A DNA stretch of 32,374 nt from a bacterium. Lineage in GTDB: Bacteria > CALINM01. This document shows, one piece after another, positions 28,073 through 32,374 of this stretch (position 1 is the first letter of the stretch; each line of letters begins with the position of its first letter). The notes below the pieces were generated by a model. It ran no database searches, was not told the origin of the DNA, and saw only the letters and a list, made by a program, of their open reading frames with translations. The stretch lies in contig JBEQAF010000015.1 of NCBI GenBank assembly GCA_041640455.1, positions 1 through 32,374 on the forward strand, read 5' to 3'. A program made the position numbers and the translations under genes.

Positions 28073-29205
28073 TTTTTGTAGAATTTTTCAATAGTATCAA
28101 CTACATATTCGATCTGAGAGTCTGTAAGCTCAGGATATACTGGAATTGCCAGAACATCTTCTGCAGCCTTTTCTGCCTTTGGAAAATCGCCTTTTTTGTA
28201 GCCCAGATAGGAGAAGCAGTTCTGAAGATGAAAGGGCAGTGGATAATAAATCTCACAGCCGATGCCATTCTCGGTAAGATAGTTTTTTAATCTATCTCTG
28301 TCTTTAACTCTTATTACATACTGATTGTAAATATGATAGTTCTTGACTCCAGAGTCCTTATATTTTGCTACAGGCAGGGTAACAAACTCAATTAGCCCCC
28401 TGTCAGTGAATAGCTTTTCATATTTTTTTGCGTTAGTTCTTCTCCCCTCATGCCAGCTTTCAATATATTTAAGCTTAATATCAAGCACAGCAGCCTGAAG
28501 GTTGTCAAGCCTGAAGTTACCACCTATAAAATCATGGTAATACTTAATCTTGCTACCGTGATTTCTCAGGCAATGAAGTCTTTCGAAAAGCGCTGAGTCG
28601 TTGGTGGTGACAAGCCCGCCATCACCGAATCCACCCAGATTTTTGCTGGGAAAAAAGGAGAAACACCCCGTATCCCCCATGTTTCCAGATGAAATACCAT
28701 TTTTGTATTGAGCGCCGATAGACTGAGCAGAGTCTTCAATTATTTTAAAACCATACTTTTCTTTTAATGACAGGAGCCCATCCATATCAGCTACCTGCCC
28801 ATAAAGATGAACAGGTATGACTGCTTTGATATTATATTTTTTAAGCTTGTCCTCTAAATCAGACATATCCATATTATAAGTGTCTTCTTCTATATCAACA
28901 AATATTGGTTTTGCTCCAACGCGGGCAATACAGCCAGCTGTGGCAAAAAAACTAAAAGTAGTGGTTGCAACTGCGTCTCCAAATCCTACCCCCAGTGCCA
29001 TTAAAGAGATTAATATGGCGTCAGTCCCTGAAGAGACCCCCAGAGCATGTTTTGAGCCAGTATATCTGGCAACATTTATTTCAAACTCTTTAAGCTCATT
29101 GCCGAGAATAAATCTCTGCTCTTCAATAATCTGCTTAACAACCGGTTCAATCTCCCACCTTAATTTTGCATACTGAGCCTTCAGGTCAAGTAATGGAACT
29201 TTCAT
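28069..29205 (-). CDS. DegT/DnrJ/EryC1/StrS aminotransferase
   Basis: VPLLDLKAQY, SSGTDA, EDSAQ, FSFFPSKNLGGFGDGG, NFRLDNLQAA. Confidence 0.93.
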   Translation of the reverse strand: MKVPLLDLKAQYAKLRWEIEPVVKQIIEEQRFILGNELKEFEINVARYTGSKHALGVSSGTDAILISLMALGVGFGDAVATTTFSFFATAGCIARVGAKPIFVDIEEDTYNMDMSDLEDKLKKYNIKAVIPVHLYGQVADMDGLLSLKEKYGFKIIEDSAQSIGAQYKNGISSGNMGDTGCFSFFPSKNLGGFGDGGLVTTNDSALFERLHCLRNHGSKIKYYHDFIGGNFRLDNLQAAVLDIKLKYIESWHEGRRTNAKKYEKLFTDRGLIEFVTLPVAKYKDSGVKNYHIYNQYVIRVKDRDRLKNYLTENGIGCEIYYPLPFHLQNCFSYLGYKKGDFPKAEKAAEDVLAIPVYPELTDSQIEYVVDTIEKFYKK

Positions 29206-29284
29206 CTATTAGCACCTCTTTAAAAATTTTGATAAAATATTATACTATAAACAGCTTTAAATAGAACCAAAAATAGGAGGCTTT

Positions 29285-29452
29285 ATGAAAGAATGCAATG
29301 TGTGCGGGAAAAAGATGGAAGATAAAGAGGGCTCTTTTAAATATTTTAATGATGATGGGAAGGAAATGATAGTATGCGGCTCCTGCTATCTAAAACTTAA
29401 AAGGAAAGACTATAAAAGCGGTGAGTCTGTAGAAGACGGCAGCAGTGAGTAA
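29285..29452 (+). CDS. 55-aa zinc-ribbon protein (absent from the ORF track)
   Basis: AGGAGG RBS (29275-80); MKECNVCGKK...IVCGSCY, CxxC-x23-CxxC; ends 6 nt before comM. Confidence 0.8.
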   Translation: MKECNVCGKKMEDKEGSFKYFNDDGKEMIVCGSCYLKLKRKDYKSGESVEDGSSE

Positions 29453-29458
29453 TAGTTA

Positions 29459-30976
29459 ATGGTTTACCGAATACTTACCTACACCTTGATAGGTATAGAA
29501 GCCCATCCTGTTGAGGTGGAAAGTGATATCTCATTGGGGCTTCCAGCCTTTAATATTGTAGGACTGCCTGAAAGTACCGTAAAGGAGAGCAAGGAAAGAA
29601 TAAGATCTGCCATTAAAAATTCAAAACTTCCTTTTCCTGAACATCGAATAACCATTAATTTAGCACCTGCAGACCTGAAAAAAGAAGGCACTTCCTTTGA
29701 CCTGCCCATCGCAATTTCCCTGATAGCCAGTAGCTTGAATATAAGCAGGGAGAGGCTTGAGAGATACTTAATAGCTGGCGAGCTTTCTCTTGATGGCAGG
29801 ATAAGAAGAACAAAGGGTGCCCTTTCTTCTGCCTTTTTAACCAAGAAGCTTGATCTGGACGGAATAATTATTCCTTCCGAGAATGTAAATGAGGTGTCTC
29901 ATTTTATAGACATTCCCATTTATCCTGTAAATCATCTGCTGGAAGTAGCAGGCTTTTTAAAGGGGGAAAAGAGTCTGAGTTCTTTTGTAAAGACTACAGA
30001 ATCAACCGATGAAAGCCAATTTAACATTGATTTTTCAGAAGTTTATGGTCAGCTAACTGCGAAAAGGGCGCTGGAGATTGCTTCAGCAGGTAAACATAAT
30101 CTATTAATGACAGGACCGCCTGGCTCAGGTAAAACCATGCTTGCCATGAGAGTCCCTACCATACTTCCACCAATGAATATACAGGAGTCGCTGGAGACCA
30201 CCATGATATACAGTGCTGCTGGATTGCTGGAAGATGATAAGCCGGTTATTGTCAGACCATTCCGCACTCCTCATCACACATCCAGTGAGGTTGCCATAGT
30301 AGGTGGGGGGACAAATCCAAAACCCGGTGAGATATCTCTTGCTCATAATGGTGTCCTTTTTCTTGATGAGTTTCCAGAGTTTAAAAGACCTGTAATTGAA
30401 GCACTGAGGCAGCCGCTTGAGGAAGGCAGGATAACCGTGTCAAGGGCATCAATGACTGTTCAGTTCCCTGCAGATTTTTTGCTAATTGCAGCCATGAATC
30501 CATGTCCCTGCGGTCATTATGGCGATGATGTAAAGCCCTGTACCTGCAGTTATTCTCAGGTATTAAAGTACAGAAAGAAACTTTCTGGTCCCATACTGGA
30601 CAGAATTGATATCCATATAGAGGTGCCACGGGTACCTATTAAAGAGCTATCAAAAGATATCAGGCAGGAAGGCTCCAGGGAGATGAGAGAGCGAGTATTG
30701 AGAGCAAGGGAGATTCAGAAAAAAAGATTTGGCAATTCAAATTTTTTTAACAGTCGAATGACAAACCAGATGATAAAAAAATACTGCAAACTTAGTAGCG
30801 AATCTCTTATTCTACTGGAAAAATCTGCTCAAAAATTCAGATATTCTGCAAGAGTTTATAACAAAATACTTAAGCTTGCCCGTACCATAGCAGATATGGA
30901 ACAGTCAGAAGAGATAAAAACAGAACATATTGCTGAGGCTGTTCAGTTAAGAAGCATTGATAAGGAGATAATATGA
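29459..30976 (+). CDS. comM: YifB/ComM Mg-chelatase-like AAA+ ATPase
   Basis: IVGLP, ITINLAPADL.KEG, GPPGSGKTM, RPFRTPHH, FLDEFPEF, AAMNPCPCG, LSGPILDRID. Confidence 0.93.
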   Translation: MVYRILTYTLIGIEAHPVEVESDISLGLPAFNIVGLPESTVKESKERIRSAIKNSKLPFPEHRITINLAPADLKKEGTSFDLPIAISLIASSLNISRERLERYLIAGELSLDGRIRRTKGALSSAFLTKKLDLDGIIIPSENVNEVSHFIDIPIYPVNHLLEVAGFLKGEKSLSSFVKTTESTDESQFNIDFSEVYGQLTAKRALEIASAGKHNLLMTGPPGSGKTMLAMRVPTILPPMNIQESLETTMIYSAAGLLEDDKPVIVRPFRTPHHTSSEVAIVGGGTNPKPGEISLAHNGVLFLDEFPEFKRPVIEALRQPLEEGRITVSRASMTVQFPADFLLIAAMNPCPCGHYGDDVKPCTCSYSQVLKYRKKLSGPILDRIDIHIEVPRVPIKELSKDIRQEGSREMRERVLRAREIQKKRFGNSNFFNSRMTNQMIKKYCKLSSESLILLEKSAQKFRYSARVYNKILKLARTIADMEQSEEIKTEHIAEAVQLRSIDKEII

Positions 30977-31818
30977 AAGTTGAGATGCTATCTCTGGCAC
31001 ACAAAGGTCTATTATATGAAAGGCTGAAATCAGTTAAAACCATGATATCTGAGTATAGTTTTTCAAATCTGTATCTTTTTAGAAAAGTCCACAGATATGA
31101 GGTTATTAATGATGGGGATATTTTTATAAAAGGGGTTACCTATGATGGCTTTAAATATCTTATGCCAACGAGGGGATTAAACGAGATTCAAAGGGACTTC
31201 TTAAAGGAGCTGGCAAGCGAAGTAGATTTTATATTCCCTGTAGATGAAAACTGGTTATCAGGCATTGAAAATATTGAGATTGAATTCCGAGATGGAGATT
31301 CAGATTATGTTTATCTGACCGAGAAGATAAAAACCTATTCAGGAAAAAGTCTTCACAACAAGCGAAATCTGCTCAATTTCTTTATGAGAGAGTACAGGTC
31401 GGAGGTAAGGGCTCTGGTAAAGGAGAGAATGGAAGATGCAAGATATATTCTTGAAGAGTGGCAGAAGGAGTCGGGGCAGTCAAAGGAAGATACAGACTAT
31501 TATGCTATGCAGGAAGCCCTTGATCTTTATGACGAGCTTGTAATATGTGGATTTATTTACTATGTGAATAATGAACCAGCTGGATTTGTAATAGGAGAAG
31601 AAAGAGGCAATGATATGTTTTTATTTCACTTTGCAAAGGGGCTAACAAAATACAAGGGGATCTACCAGTACATATTTCATAGCTTTGCTGAAGCCCTACC
31701 CACTCGTTACAGGTATCTAAACTTTGAACAGGATCTGGACAAAGAGAATCTGAGAGTTTCAAAACAGTCATATCATCCAGAGTTTATGATAAAAAAAATG
31801 AGGGTAAGGCTGAAATAA
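30973..31818 (+). CDS. DUF2156 / aminoacyl-PG-synthase-like (GNAT) domain protein
   Basis: SEYSFSNLYLF, DSDYVY, GKSLHNKRN, HFAKG, YLNFEQDL...LR.SKQSYHP. Confidence 0.88.
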   Translation: MKVEMLSLAHKGLLYERLKSVKTMISEYSFSNLYLFRKVHRYEVINDGDIFIKGVTYDGFKYLMPTRGLNEIQRDFLKELASEVDFIFPVDENWLSGIENIEIEFRDGDSDYVYLTEKIKTYSGKSLHNKRNLLNFFMREYRSEVRALVKERMEDARYILEEWQKESGQSKEDTDYYAMQEALDLYDELVICGFIYYVNNEPAGFVIGEERGNDMFLFHFAKGLTKYKGIYQYIFHSFAEALPTRYRYLNFEQDLDKENLRVSKQSYHPEFMIKKMRVRLK

Positions 31819-32070
31819 AGCGAAGGCTTAGCAATTAAAAAATTTGGCATTTATTCATGTCATTTCATATAGACATATATTAGTCTGTAAAAAATTTCAG
31901 CAGATTTAATCAAGTTGTACATAAAGAAGACACCAGATAGGTATAGACAAATTGACCAGTTTTTGATCTTATAGAAGTAAAAGAAAAACAGCCTATGAGC
32001 ATATATCATGAAATGAGGGAGATAGAAGCTACAATGTGAGGGAGCTTGGGATGTAATATTTATAAAAATA

Positions 32071-32212
32071 TGGTAAGCTTGTTACGACTTCACCCCAATC
32101 ACCAAGTCGAAAATGGCTTCCGCTGCGGAAGGGTTACGACGACTCGTCCCAGAATTGGGCAAAGTATCTCATCGTCTGTCAAAAAAGGCTTGCACTTCAG
32201 AAGCTTTTGGCA
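32071..32212 (+). ncRNA. Candidate structured ncRNA or leader carrying a 26-nt antisense to 16S rRNA h44
   Basis: 32078-32103 CTTGTTACGACTTCACCCCAATCACC is the reverse complement of 16S ~1479-1504; four consecutive hairpins; G-U pairs favour the + strand. Confidence 0.45.
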
Positions 32213-32221
32213 AAATCTTTC

Positions 32222-32284
32222 CTTAACCTTCTCCTCTCACCTCTTAAGACTCACAACTTACCTCTTATCTCTTACGACTCTTTA
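32222..32284. repeat. Degenerate heptamer tandem array (about 9 units, consensus CTYAcNN)
   Basis: CTTAACC TTCTCCT CTCACCT CTTAAGA CTCACAA CTTACCT CTTATCT CTTACGA CTCTTTA. Confidence 0.7.
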
Positions 32285-32374
32285 TTCATAATGCTTAAAA
32301 AGTTAAATAACTTAAGTATGGGGCTATGACTTTTTAGATTAAGATTTCAGGTTTTCTGAAAGTAGCTGTATAAT

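Noticed and set aside
1292..31771. Many short antisense or nested ORFs (e.g. 12618-13085, 16526-16861, 24490-24777, 26880-27338, 29479-29844)
   Set aside because: They overlap well-supported genes and show no motifs or RBS.
32072..32103. 16S rRNA gene
   Set aside because: Only ~26-32 nt match; h45, the anti-SD and the rest of 16S are not recognisable.
32081..32284. CRISPR array, c-di-GMP riboswitch, group I/II intron or HEARO/omega RNA
   Set aside because: No regular 25-40 nt repeats with spacers and no cas genes; the diagnostic cores (GAAA tetraloop/receptor, P7, domain V) were not found.
32046..32291. 81-aa ORF in the track
   Set aside because: TTG start, atypical composition, and it runs through the hairpins and heptamer array; better explained as non-coding, though a leader peptide cannot be excluded.
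32362..32374. JUMPstart/ops-like GTAGCTG or a -10 TATAAT
   Set aside because: Cut by the window edge; no GGCGGTAG core and no good -35.

Overview
Low-GC chromosomal window from an anaerobic Gram-negative bacterium; the gene content (atpZ-atpI-atpB-atpE-rex, mqnA, NrfD/multiheme cluster) looks Desulfobacterota/Nitrospirota-like, which is an inference. 1-8900 is the decaying, very AT-rich end of a surface-polysaccharide locus. It holds a cupin, a DegT aminotransferase, a methyltransferase, GT4 and GT2 genes, an IS3/IS407-type scar, gene fragments, and a YfhO-family gene with one in-frame stop. Housekeeping genes follow: yqaA, tRNA-Gln and tRNA-Glu, degP, rluD-pgeF, mqnA and DUF554. 15462-22152 is a six-gene membrane redox operon (FadF/Hdr-like, multiheme cytochrome c, NrfC, NrfD, degenerate molybdopterin-family subunit, multiheme cytochrome c) with a Rex-like operator. 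Next come a PflX radical SAM gene, the F0 part of a split atp operon plus rex, thiS-like, der, GT9, DegT, an uncalled 55-aa Zn-ribbon gene, comM/yifB and DUF2156. The most unusual element is non-coding (about 32071-32284): a run of hairpins whose first carries 26 nt complementary to the 16S rRNA decoding region (h44), followed by a degenerate 7-nt tandem array. All calls come from reading motifs by eye; no database searches were run.
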